Below are positions 7,790 through 16,254 of a DNA stretch of 34,130 bases, in pieces. How positions within the stretch are numbered: the first letter of the stretch is position 1; the number at the start of each line of letters is the position of its first letter. The notes beneath the pieces were generated by a model, which saw only the letters and a program-made list of their open reading frames with translations, did not search any database and was not told the origin of the DNA. Both the position numbers and the translations under genes were made by a program. Source of the DNA: a virus (Duplodnaviria; Caudoviricetes); IMG/VR virus record IMGVR_UViG_3300048857_000013, positions 1 to 34,130 of that record; one strand, written 5' to 3'.

Positions 7790-8575
7790 ATGCAAGATAA
7801 TTCCGTGCTGCGGATCGAGTTCAAGAATACAAAGCCCATTGAGCTGGTTGACCTAACGACCAGCTTCTCTGCGCTGGCAGAATCCTTCAAGGACTACGCG
7901 AATTCCAAAACGGGTGATCCACACCCAGACAACCTTCGTCTCTATGTGAAGGAAATTCGATCAGGCAGTGTGATTGCTGACTTGATCACGGTCGCAGAGC
8001 AGGCGCAATGGATTATGGAACACGTGGAGGTTTTCGCTGGCTTCATAACGACTACGAATGAATTGACGAATTATTTCCTCGGCCGCGGCGAGATGAAAAC
8101 CGCAGAGCCATCAGTCCGCGAAGCAAGGCAAATAGCGCAGTTCGTCGAGCCAGTCGCAAAGGATTTTGGCTCGCAGATGAATATGAACGTGATGGGCGGA
8201 GGGGTGGTGCACGTCCATCAACACTTCCACATCAATGGTATTGAGGCGAACGCAGTCCAGAATGGGGTCAACAGGTTCCTCGGACCGCGGCTCCCGTCCA
8301 CCAAGGTGCTCCCTGACCAGCTGATGATTTTGGAGCAAGTGAAAAATAGTGCGTCTGCGAAATCTGGTGATCGCGGGATCATCGAAGCCGTGTACCCCAA
8401 ACCAGTCAGGCTTCAGTTTTCCAGCGAGGAGTCAAAGAGGCGTGTTTTGGATCTCCAAGAAAATCCGCTTCAGTGCATCTTTCAAGTGAACGTTGAGGTT
8501 AGATCGGTGGAGGGAAGGCCCGCGCTATACCGAATAATTGATGTCACGGAAGTCATTCATCGCGAACCCGACTGA
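7790..8575 (+). CDS. Moron-like hypothetical protein
   Basis: 261-aa ORF, visibly more AT-rich codons than flanking structural genes, own upstream gap and downstream terminator. Confidence 0.8.
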   Translation: MQDNSVLRIEFKNTKPIELVDLTTSFSALAESFKDYANSKTGDPHPDNLRLYVKEIRSGSVIADLITVAEQAQWIMEHVEVFAGFITTTNELTNYFLGRGEMKTAEPSVREARQIAQFVEPVAKDFGSQMNMNVMGGGVVHVHQHFHINGIEANAVQNGVNRFLGPRLPSTKVLPDQLMILEQVKNSASAKSGDRGIIEAVYPKPVRLQFSSEESKRRVLDLQENPLQCIFQVNVEVRSVEGRPALYRIIDVTEVIHREPD

Positions 8576-8627
8576 TCGAGTCATCTGGCGACGTCGTCTC
8601 CGGTGCCGCACTCTCCGTCCCGAAGAG

Positions 8628-8661
8628 AAAAAAGGCGCTCACGTTTCCGGAGCGCCTTTTT
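8628..8661. terminator. Bidirectional intrinsic terminator
   Basis: AAAAAAGGCGCTC-loop-GAGCGCCTTTTT between convergent ORFs. Confidence 0.85.
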
Positions 8662-8788
8662 ATGCAGTAGGTGCGGCGCACCAAGCAGCCGCCAAGCTTG
8701 CTCCGATCGCCCAGGTTGTCTCCGCGGTAGCCGCGGCAAGCGCAATCGTTCCATGCTTGTGTGAGTTACTCGTCGTCGTTGTACCCAT
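8660..8788 (-). CDS. 42-aa Ala/Thr-rich small peptide
   Basis: AAGGAGAG RBS, MGTTTTSNSHKHGTIALAAATAETTWAIGASLAAAWCAAPTA, TAA directly followed by the terminator. Confidence 0.55.
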   Translation of the reverse strand: MGTTTTSNSHKHGTIALAAATAETTWAIGASLAAAWCAAPTA

Positions 8789-9135
8789 TTGGCTCTCCTT
8801 CAGTTTTGAGGTTGCGTAGCTAAGTGCAATCAAAAGTATGAAGGCAATCGGAACAATGACGGCTACCGGAATTGAACCGACCCACCACCAGAAGAACGGC
8901 GGTTGAATACACGGTCGCTAGTTGTTTGGCAAGAAGGATTGCCACGTCGGCATACGCGGGTGCATACGGCGCAACCAATTCGAGGCAATGGCTCACGAGA
9001 TCGGGAAGAGGTGACATCTATCCGCCCATGCTACGGCATGGCTTCCCGAACAAGATCAGGACGGCTCCGCATCGAGACTGTGTCAGCCGGTATCCAAGGT
9101 TCACCGCATGGGGGCCGGTCGTCCTGACATTCCCC

Positions 9136-9175
9136 AGCCCCGCGCCTCACCAGGTAGCGGGGCTTTCATCGTTTT
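9136..9175 (+). terminator. Terminator-like hairpin at the start of the late region
   Basis: AGCCCCGC/GCGGGGCT stem followed by TTCATCGTTTT. Confidence 0.55.
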
Positions 9176-9187
9176 AGGAGATGAGAG

Positions 9188-9286
9188 ATGGGCCATCTGG
9201 AGCTTGTATTGCTCGACAGCTTTGTTCTGATCGGAGCGGTCGTGTGGGCTCTGTGGCGCGTCGGGAAGGTGATGGATCGCCGATGA
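9188..9286 (+). CDS. 32-aa single-pass membrane peptide
   Basis: AGGAG RBS; MGHLELVLLDSFVLIGAVVWALWRVGKVMDRR; stop overlaps next ATG. Confidence 0.6.
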   Translation: MGHLELVLLDSFVLIGAVVWALWRVGKVMDRR

Positions 9287-9447
9287 AGTACCTCGTCATC
9301 GAATACGATAAAGGCCCATCCGGCCTAGAGGGCATGCAATCCCTCATCAACGCCAAGGCAGCGGAAGGGTACGAACTCCTCCAGGTCGTGCGCTGCTCGA
9401 CGTATGAGTGGGTGCTGTTCTTCAAGCGAGCCGCGCCGAGCGAATAA
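9283..9447 (+). CDS. 54-aa small protein (DUF4177-like pattern)
   Basis: MKYLVIE...LINAKAAEGYELLQV...VLFFKR matches the 'LN..G.EGWELV......FKR' pattern. Confidence 0.65.
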   Translation: MKYLVIEYDKGPSGLEGMQSLINAKAAEGYELLQVVRCSTYEWVLFFKRAAPSE

Positions 9448-9610
9448 AGTTTCATGCAGGAGCGGGGTACTCCTCACCTCGACAACCGACGCGAGGAACA
9501 AGGCCTGCACTCGTGGCTGTAGAAGCCAACGCCGCCGCTCCGGGGTCGTCACACCCTCATCATACGGCGTCAAGTGGGCAAGTCGGGATTCTCTTTTAAA
9601 GGAGGCCATA

Positions 9611-10018
9611 ATGGCTCTGCAGTATTCGGTAGCTGTTCGCAACGCCAAGCTTGACGCGGTCGAGACCACGATCGGAGCATCCGCCGTTCTGAAGATCCGC
9701 ACGGGCGCGGCGCCGGCGAACTGCGCGACGGCCGACAGCGGCACGGTGCTCGCGACCTGCAGCCTTCCGGCCGACTGGATGGCGGCGGCATCGGGCGGCA
9801 CGAAGGCCAAGGCCGGCACATGGGAAGACACCAGCGCCGACGCAGCCGGCACGGCCGCTCACTTCCGCCTCTATGCATCGGACGGCACCACCTGCCACGC
9901 GCAGGGCACGGTGACGGCGACCGGCGGCGGCGGCGACATGACGGTCGACAACACCAGCTTTGCCGCCGGCCAGGCCTTCACGGTCACCGGCTTCACGCTC
10001 ACGGCCGGCAACGCCTAA
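9611..10018 (+). CDS. Small beta-rich virion protein, putative fibre subunit
   Basis: AAGGAGG RBS, highly biased codons, Ala/Thr/Gly-rich 135 aa with GTAAHFRL and GQAFTVTGFTLT strands. Confidence 0.8.
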   Translation: MALQYSVAVRNAKLDAVETTIGASAVLKIRTGAAPANCATADSGTVLATCSLPADWMAAASGGTKAKAGTWEDTSADAAGTAAHFRLYASDGTTCHAQGTVTATGGGGDMTVDNTSFAAGQAFTVTGFTLTAGNA

Positions 10019-10039
10019 ACGTCCTCTCGGGGGTAGGCT

Positions 10040-11386
10040 ATGCCAGCAGGGACACCGGCGCTCGCCACGGCTGCGGTCGGGGCCTCGGCCACATCGGTTA
10101 CGACAGCCAGCTTCACCCCCACGGCAAACGCGCTGCTGATTGCCTTCGCGCATTTTCGCGGTAGCAGTGGCACCATCCCCACGATTAGCGACAGCCTCGG
10201 CGAAACGTGGACGCCAGTTGCGGCCGGCCAGGACGGCGGTTTCGTCGGCGGTCGGCTGTTCTATCAAATCGTCAGCGCCTCGCCTTCGGCTCGCACAGTC
10301 ACGGCGGCGTCGACAGGGGCGACACAGACCGGCATTGCCATTATCGAATTCACGGGCGCAGGAACTGACTTTTCCAACTACCAGTTCGACATCACGACTG
10401 GCACCGCGCAGACGCTGAACATGGCGGCTTACGCCTCCACGTCGCAAGTGTTGGCGGGTGTTGTCGATAACGCTGGCGCCGCGTCGAGCTTCCCCGGCCC
10501 GTTCATCGAACTCTACGACAGCAACCTTGCAACCAACCTGCGGTCTAGCGTGGCGTACGAAAGCGGCGCTACGGCTGCCGCGACGATAAACATAACGACC
10601 GGATCGTCGGATAATTACGCCTGGGCTCTCGAAATCAAGGAAGCGGCCGCCGGCGCAATCTCCGGCTCGGCCTCGATCACGGAAGCGGGGGACACAGTTG
10701 CCGCATCGTCCGCGGTACACATCAGCGGTGTGTCGTTCCTCTCCGAAGAGAGCGACGCGCTGACGGCCTCCGGGGCGGTCATCTCCGGCATAGCCGGGAC
10801 GCTCTCGGTAACCGAAGCCTCGGACACATTAGCCGCAACAGCGACAATAGCCCTGCGAGCCTCACTGGCTACGACGGAAGGCTCGGACAGTGTCTCGGCC
10901 TCGGCAAGGGTAAACCTCGCTGCTGCGGCGTCTCTGGGCGAAAGCGATGACACGGCGGCGAGCGCCGGCAAGCTCGCGATAAATGCGACGGCCTCGATCG
11001 GGGAGACGGACGATAGTCTTTCGGCAGAGGCAACCGTTATCCCAGCGTCGAGGACCGGCTCGGCCGACATAACCGAGGCCGGCGACACACTCGCGAGTGC
11101 GACCGTTCTCCGCCTTAAGGGAAGCGTCAGCATTGCAGAGAGCGGGGACACCCTCTCGACCATTGCCGGGCCGAGGATCGTAGGCAGCGCATCGCTTGCA
11201 GAGGCAGGCGACACCATCACCGCCCGCGCGGTTCCGCTGCTAGTGACAAGCCCGCAGGAGAGAACGGCCAGCGTCCCCGTAGAAGACAGGGCGGCGGCAG
11301 TGGTGGCAGAGATCCGCTCGGTCTCGGTCAAGGCAGAAGTCAGGACAGCAGCAGCCCGAGCCGAAACCCGGCGCGCGGCGGCGTAA
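10040..11386 (+). CDS. Repeat-containing putative fibre scaffold / adhesin
   Basis: N-terminal ~200-aa beta-rich domain, nine ~21-aa ExxD repeats, five 9-aa C-terminal repeats. Confidence 0.8.
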   Translation: MPAGTPALATAAVGASATSVTTASFTPTANALLIAFAHFRGSSGTIPTISDSLGETWTPVAAGQDGGFVGGRLFYQIVSASPSARTVTAASTGATQTGIAIIEFTGAGTDFSNYQFDITTGTAQTLNMAAYASTSQVLAGVVDNAGAASSFPGPFIELYDSNLATNLRSSVAYESGATAAATINITTGSSDNYAWALEIKEAAAGAISGSASITEAGDTVAASSAVHISGVSFLSEESDALTASGAVISGIAGTLSVTEASDTLAATATIALRASLATTEGSDSVSASARVNLAAAASLGESDDTAASAGKLAINATASIGETDDSLSAEATVIPASRTGSADITEAGDTLASATVLRLKGSVSIAESGDTLSTIAGPRIVGSASLAEAGDTITARAVPLLVTSPQERTASVPVEDRAAAVVAEIRSVSVKAEVRTAAARAETRRAAA

Positions 11387-11398
11387 AGAGGATTAGAC

Positions 11399-11683
11399 AT
11401 GGCGCTGACGTGGCCTGCCATCAAAGACCCGAACGAGGTGAAAGACTATAGCCTCGACTGGTCCGCTCTCCTCGGGGCGTCCGACACCATCACAAGCTCG
11501 ACATGGACAGTCGACGAGGGCTCTGGGCTGGTCATCGACAGCGACAGCACCACCACCACCGCAACGACGATATGGCTCTCCGCAGGCACGGACGGCACGA
11601 ATTACAGCCTGGTCAACCGCGTGGTGACAGCCGGCGGCAGAACATATGACCAGACGGTCAGGCTGAAGGTGCGGGAGAAGTAG
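11399..11683 (+). CDS. Putative fibre-attachment (adaptor/base) protein
   Basis: KDPNEVKDYSLDWS...ITSSTW...TIWLSAGTDG..Y.LVNRVVT..GRT pattern, a small beta-sandwich family seen near phage head genes. Confidence 0.75.
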   Translation: MALTWPAIKDPNEVKDYSLDWSALLGASDTITSSTWTVDEGSGLVIDSDSTTTTATTIWLSAGTDGTNYSLVNRVVTAGGRTYDQTVRLKVREK

Positions 11684-11748
11684 AAAATTCATATCGCGAA
11701 ATGCGAAGTCGCCACCGGCCAGAAGAAATAAAATTTCACGAGGAAGCC

Positions 11749-11991
11749 ATGAAGTACACTGTTCAGGAGATAGACGAGCTCCGCGAAGCCACCATCGCGC
11801 TTCAGAAGCACAGGCTTCGCATGCGCCGTTCTGAGCTGAATATGGCTCACATCGAGGAGATGGTCAGGACTTACATGTATGTCGGCGTGAGGGCAGAAGA
11901 TGTTCTCGCCTTGAAAGACGCTAAGCTCGGGACGACGAGCAGCAGAATCTTCCCGGTCCCGAATACGGACGGTAGCCCCTTCAATGGGTAG
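11749..11991 (+). CDS. Hypothetical protein
   Basis: GAGGA RBS before ATG 11749; overlaps the terS start. Confidence 0.6.
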   Translation: MKYTVQEIDELREATIALQKHRLRMRRSELNMAHIEEMVRTYMYVGVRAEDVLALKDAKLGTTSSRIFPVPNTDGSPFNG

Positions 11992-12442
11992 GCCAACGAC
12001 ATTCACCCAAGCAAAGGCAGACGCCATCTGCGAGCGCTTGGCAAATGGCATGAGCCTTCGCGCGATTTGCCGCAACAAGGCGATGCCCAACAAGTCCACG
12101 GTGTTTAAGTGGCTGGGTCAAAACAGCGAGTTCTCCGACCAGTACGCGCGTGCGCGCGAAGCCCAGGCAGACCTTCTTGTCGACGAGATGATCGAGCTCG
12201 CCGACACGCCCAAGATCGGCAAGAAGACGAAGAAGACATCGGACGGGAAGTTTGAGGAAACCACCTTCGACATGACCGAGCACCGGCGCCTGCAGATCGA
12301 GACGCGCAAATGGGTTGCGGCCAAGATGCGGCCGAAGAAATACGGCGACAAGCTGGATGTGGAGCAAAAGACAACCGTTGAAGCCGGAGACAGCGTTATG
12401 GCTTTGATGAAGGCGATCGATGGGCGAACCCGCTCTAAGTGA
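11984..12442 (+). CDS. terS: Terminase small subunit (Sf6-like)
   Basis: MGRPTTFT...ICERLANGMSLRAIC...YARARE...RLQIETRKW....RPKKYGDK. Confidence 0.93.
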   Translation: MGRPTTFTQAKADAICERLANGMSLRAICRNKAMPNKSTVFKWLGQNSEFSDQYARAREAQADLLVDEMIELADTPKIGKKTKKTSDGKFEETTFDMTEHRRLQIETRKWVAAKMRPKKYGDKLDVEQKTTVEAGDSVMALMKAIDGRTRSK

Positions 12443-13925
12443 CGAGGTCGTCGAGCTCTGGGCCGATCGGCGCTGGCGGCTGCAGAACCTGTATTTCATC
12501 GAGGACAAGCACGGCAACGTTGTGCGGTTCAATATGAACCTGGCGCAGGAGAAGCTGCTCGACGAGCTGCACTATCTGAATATCGTGCTCAAGGCTCGGC
12601 AGATGGGTTTCAGCACGTTCATTCTGATCCTCGCCTTGGACTGCTGCATCTTCAATTCCAACTTCGCGGCCGGCCTCGTCGCTGACACGAAGAAGAATGC
12701 CGAAAACCTGCTGAAGCGCATCAAGTTCGCCTATGAGCGGTTGCCGGACGAGATCCGGCGGGTGGTCGAGATATCGGCGGACAACAAGGGCGAGATCGAA
12801 TTCAGCAACGGATCAAGCGTCGAGGTCGGCGTCTCGCTGCGATCGGGTACGAAGAACTTCCTGCACATCTCCGAATACGGGAAGATCTGCGCGAAGGCGC
12901 CAGACAAGGCAAAGGAAATCAAATCCGGGTCGCTGAACACTCTGGCGGCCCGGCAGCTTGGCTTTATCGAGAGCACAGCAGAGGGGCGCGGTGGCGACTT
13001 CTACGAGAAAACACAGGCGGCTCGCCGAATCCTCGACAGCGGTCGCAATCCCGGTGACATGGAATACCGGTTCCATTTCTTCGCATGGTGGCAGGACGCC
13101 ACCTACCAGCTTGATCAGCCTGTTCTCCTCACATCTGAGGATCAGGCCTACTTCGCCGGGCTGGAGGCGGAGCACGGCATCCAGCTCACCGAACCTCAGA
13201 AGTGGTGGTACGTGTCCAAGAGAGCCGAGCAGGGCGATGATATGTGGAAGGAATTCCCTTCGACACCAGACGAGGCGTTTCAGGCGGCGAAGGAGGGAGC
13301 GTATTTCGGCAAGGAGATGCGTGCGCTAAGGCAGCGGGGTCGCATTGGCGTCTTCCCATACGTTCCGAACATCGTCGTCAACACCTTCTGGGACTTCGGC
13401 CTCGGAGACACTCAGACGATTTGGCTGCATCAGGAGGTTGCCGGCGAGCATCGCTTCGTTGGCTACTTCGAAGACAGTGGGATGGGCCTCGGCCACTATT
13501 TCACATGGCTCGACAAATGGGCGGCGCAGAGAGGCGCGAGATGGGGCGTGCACCACGGACCCCATGACATCGACCATCGCCGCCAGACGAAAACCTCGGG
13601 GCAGGCAGAGACCATCAAGACCATGTCGGCCGATCTGGGCTTTGTGTTCAAGACGGTCCAGCGCAACCCCGACAAGGTCAACGCCATTCACGGCGTCCGC
13701 ATGAAGCTGCCGGGTTGCGTATTCGACGAAGCGGCATGCTCTGCCGGTATCCTGCACCTCGAAAACTACAGCCGCGATTGGGACGAGAAGCTCGCCGTCT
13801 GGCGCAGCCACCCACGGCATGACGAACACAGCCATGGCGCTGACGCCTTCATGACGTTTACCGATGGCTACGTGCCGCCGGTCACTGGAGGCTCTTGGAA
13901 ATTCACTGATCGGAAGGTTGTTTGA
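12420..13925 (+). CDS. terL: Terminase large subunit
   Basis: LKARQMGFST Walker A, LHISE Walker B, IESTAEG coupling motif, nuclease WDFG..D and HGADAF. Confidence 0.95.
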   Translation: MGEPALSDEVVELWADRRWRLQNLYFIEDKHGNVVRFNMNLAQEKLLDELHYLNIVLKARQMGFSTFILILALDCCIFNSNFAAGLVADTKKNAENLLKRIKFAYERLPDEIRRVVEISADNKGEIEFSNGSSVEVGVSLRSGTKNFLHISEYGKICAKAPDKAKEIKSGSLNTLAARQLGFIESTAEGRGGDFYEKTQAARRILDSGRNPGDMEYRFHFFAWWQDATYQLDQPVLLTSEDQAYFAGLEAEHGIQLTEPQKWWYVSKRAEQGDDMWKEFPSTPDEAFQAAKEGAYFGKEMRALRQRGRIGVFPYVPNIVVNTFWDFGLGDTQTIWLHQEVAGEHRFVGYFEDSGMGLGHYFTWLDKWAAQRGARWGVHHGPHDIDHRRQTKTSGQAETIKTMSADLGFVFKTVQRNPDKVNAIHGVRMKLPGCVFDEAACSAGILHLENYSRDWDEKLAVWRSHPRHDEHSHGADAFMTFTDGYVPPVTGGSWKFTDRKVV

Positions 13926-15982
13926 TGGCTGCGATGTCGACTCAGCAGGTTGCGGCCCAGGTCTCGCAGCTCGTCAAGGATTGCGAGAACTATCGGGACG
14001 AGCTTTCCGTCGACCGCATCAAGGCGATGGAATATTACGACGGCGAGATGAAGGACACGCCGGCCGATGCGAACCGGTCGAAAGTCGTCTCGCGCGATGT
14101 CCGCGCTGCGATCAAGAAGGTTCTGCCGTCTCTCATTCGCACGATCCTCGGCAATGACAAGGTTGTCGAATACCAGCCGGTCAATGAAGGGGACGAGGCA
14201 GCGGCCGAGCAGGCAACGGATTACGTCAACTTCGTCGTGTTCCCCGAGAGCGATGGGTACGACGCCGTCCAGGACGCCGCCCACGACGCGCTGAAGCTCC
14301 GCAATGGCGTCATTCGCTGGTGGTACGACAAGAAGCGCAAGGTCCAGGTCTCGAAGCATACGGGCCTTGACGAACAGGCGCTGGTGCAACTCGTCGCCGA
14401 CGATGATGTCGAGGTGCTGGAGCAGGAGCAATACGAGGAGCAGATCGACACGCCGCAGGGGCCGCAGCCGGTCACGCTCTACAATGTGAAGATCCGGCGC
14501 GTCTCCGAATACGGGTGCACGAAGCTCGCCGCGGTGCCGCTCGAGGAGTTCCTGATCCACCCGGACGCCATCTCGATCGATGACAGCCCGATAACGGGGA
14601 TGAAGACGCGCCTCCGCCGCTCCGATCTGGTCGAGATGGGTTACGACCGGGAGAAGGTCGACAGCTTTCCGGCCTCGGGCTCAGATATCGATGAGGAGGA
14701 AGAGGAGTTCACCCGCCGGCGCGACGCCTTCGATGAGAACGATTCGATCGTCAAGGCGCTGCAGGAGGTCGATTACTACGAGCTCTATGTGAAGATCGAT
14801 GCGGATGACGACGGCATTGCCGAACTGCGTCGCATGTGCTTCGCCGGCGGCTTGGCAGAGGTCAACCTGCTCGACGATGAGGAGTGGGATGAAGTCCCGT
14901 TCGCCGACCTGATCGTTGAACGCCGGCCGCATCAGCGCGAAGGCAATTCCGTCACCGACGACATGGCGGAGATCCAGCGCGTCAAGACGGTGCTGATGCG
15001 CCAGACGCTCGACAATCTCTATTGGCAGAACAACCAGCAGCCAATCGTTCAAGAGGGCACGATCGCCAACCCGGAAGCGGTGCTCAATCCCAAATTCGGG
15101 CAGCCGATCAGGGTCAACCAGGGAGTCGATGTCCAATCGGCGGTCGGTTACAACATCGTGCCGATGGTCGCGGACAAGTCCTTCGCGATGCTCTCCTATC
15201 TCGACCAGGAGGCGACCGACAGAACCGGCATTTCCGACGCTTCCTCCGGCATGGCCCCGGGTGCGCTGCAGAACATGACCGCCAAGGCCTCGGCGATGAT
15301 CGAGGCGGCCGGCATCGGCCAGACCGAGTTGATGGTCCGCACCTTCGCGCAAGGGCTCAAGCGCGTGTTTCAGGGCCTTCTGCGGCTGGTGATCAAGCAC
15401 CAGGACAAGCCGCGCATAGTGCGCCTGCGCAATCAGTGGGTGACGTTCGATCCGCGCCAGTGGAATGCGGAGATGGATTGCACCGTCAATACCGGCCTCG
15501 GCGCCGGCACGCGTGAGCGCGACATGATGATGATGCAGGTGGTTGGCCAGCAGCAGGAGAAGCTGCTTGCGGCTTACGGGCCGGTCAACAATCCGTATGT
15601 CTCGGCGGAGAACATCTGGAATTCGGTCTCTCGTGGCGTGGAAGCCGCCGGCCTGCGCACCCCGGACCTGTATTTCACCAAGCCGACGCCCGAGCAGATC
15701 GACCAACTCCAGAAGGCGCAGGCGAGCAAGCCCGATCCCGAGATGGAGAAGGTCAAGATCAAGGCCCAGGCCGACCAGCAGAAGGCCCAACTCGATGCTC
15801 AGCTCCAGCGCGAGAAGATGCAGCAGGAGGCGCAACTCGAAACCCAGCGCATTCAGCAGGAAATGGCCCTGAAGCGCTACCAGATCGAGCAGGAGATACA
15901 GCTCAAGCGGCAGACCAACGCCATGCAGATGCTGACCCGTGATCCGGTATCGAGCGTGAACATCGGCGGAGATCCGGGCTGA
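13925..15982 (+). CDS. Portal protein
   Basis: Follows terL; ~685 aa; SKVVSRDV, DALKLRNG, Gln-rich C-terminal barrel helix typical of P22-like portals. Confidence 0.92.
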   Translation: MAAMSTQQVAAQVSQLVKDCENYRDELSVDRIKAMEYYDGEMKDTPADANRSKVVSRDVRAAIKKVLPSLIRTILGNDKVVEYQPVNEGDEAAAEQATDYVNFVVFPESDGYDAVQDAAHDALKLRNGVIRWWYDKKRKVQVSKHTGLDEQALVQLVADDDVEVLEQEQYEEQIDTPQGPQPVTLYNVKIRRVSEYGCTKLAAVPLEEFLIHPDAISIDDSPITGMKTRLRRSDLVEMGYDREKVDSFPASGSDIDEEEEEFTRRRDAFDENDSIVKALQEVDYYELYVKIDADDDGIAELRRMCFAGGLAEVNLLDDEEWDEVPFADLIVERRPHQREGNSVTDDMAEIQRVKTVLMRQTLDNLYWQNNQQPIVQEGTIANPEAVLNPKFGQPIRVNQGVDVQSAVGYNIVPMVADKSFAMLSYLDQEATDRTGISDASSGMAPGALQNMTAKASAMIEAAGIGQTELMVRTFAQGLKRVFQGLLRLVIKHQDKPRIVRLRNQWVTFDPRQWNAEMDCTVNTGLGAGTRERDMMMMQVVGQQQEKLLAAYGPVNNPYVSAENIWNSVSRGVEAAGLRTPDLYFTKPTPEQIDQLQKAQASKPDPEMEKVKIKAQADQQKAQLDAQLQREKMQQEAQLETQRIQQEMALKRYQIEQEIQLKRQTNAMQMLTRDPVSSVNIGGDPG

Positions 15983-16221
15983 TGCGTCAGGAAGACAAGA
16001 CTGCAGCCGCCCGCGTGCTGCTCGACATGCCGCTCTTTCATCTCCTGATGGACGAATTGGAGATGGCCGCCGTCAACGGCTGCGTCAACGCCAAGAACAC
16101 AGATCATGATGCCCGCGCCGCCTTTGCGGCCGAAGTGCGGGCCATCCGAAATCTCAAAGGCAAGATCAAGTTCCTCGCCGAGGGGCAATCCTCTGCCGAT
16201 GGGAAGGGCGCCCCGGCATAG
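15982..16221 (+). CDS. Small helical protein between portal and scaffold
   Basis: TGATG coupling with portal; usual slot in podophage head modules. Confidence 0.8.
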   Translation: MRQEDKTAAARVLLDMPLFHLLMDELEMAAVNGCVNAKNTDHDARAAFAAEVRAIRNLKGKIKFLAEGQSSADGKGAPA

Positions 16222-16254
16222 GGCCGCGGCCAAACCTAAAAGGCAAAGCCAGAC

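Noticed and set aside
8820-9017. 65-aa minus-strand ORF as a definite gene
   Set aside because: No clear RBS or recognisable motif, and it overlaps a structured plus-strand region; left uncalled.
9404-9610. N-terminal extension of the 204-aa ORF
   Set aside because: The strong AAGGAGG RBS points to ATG 9611; the extension overlaps another gene and has non-protein-like composition.
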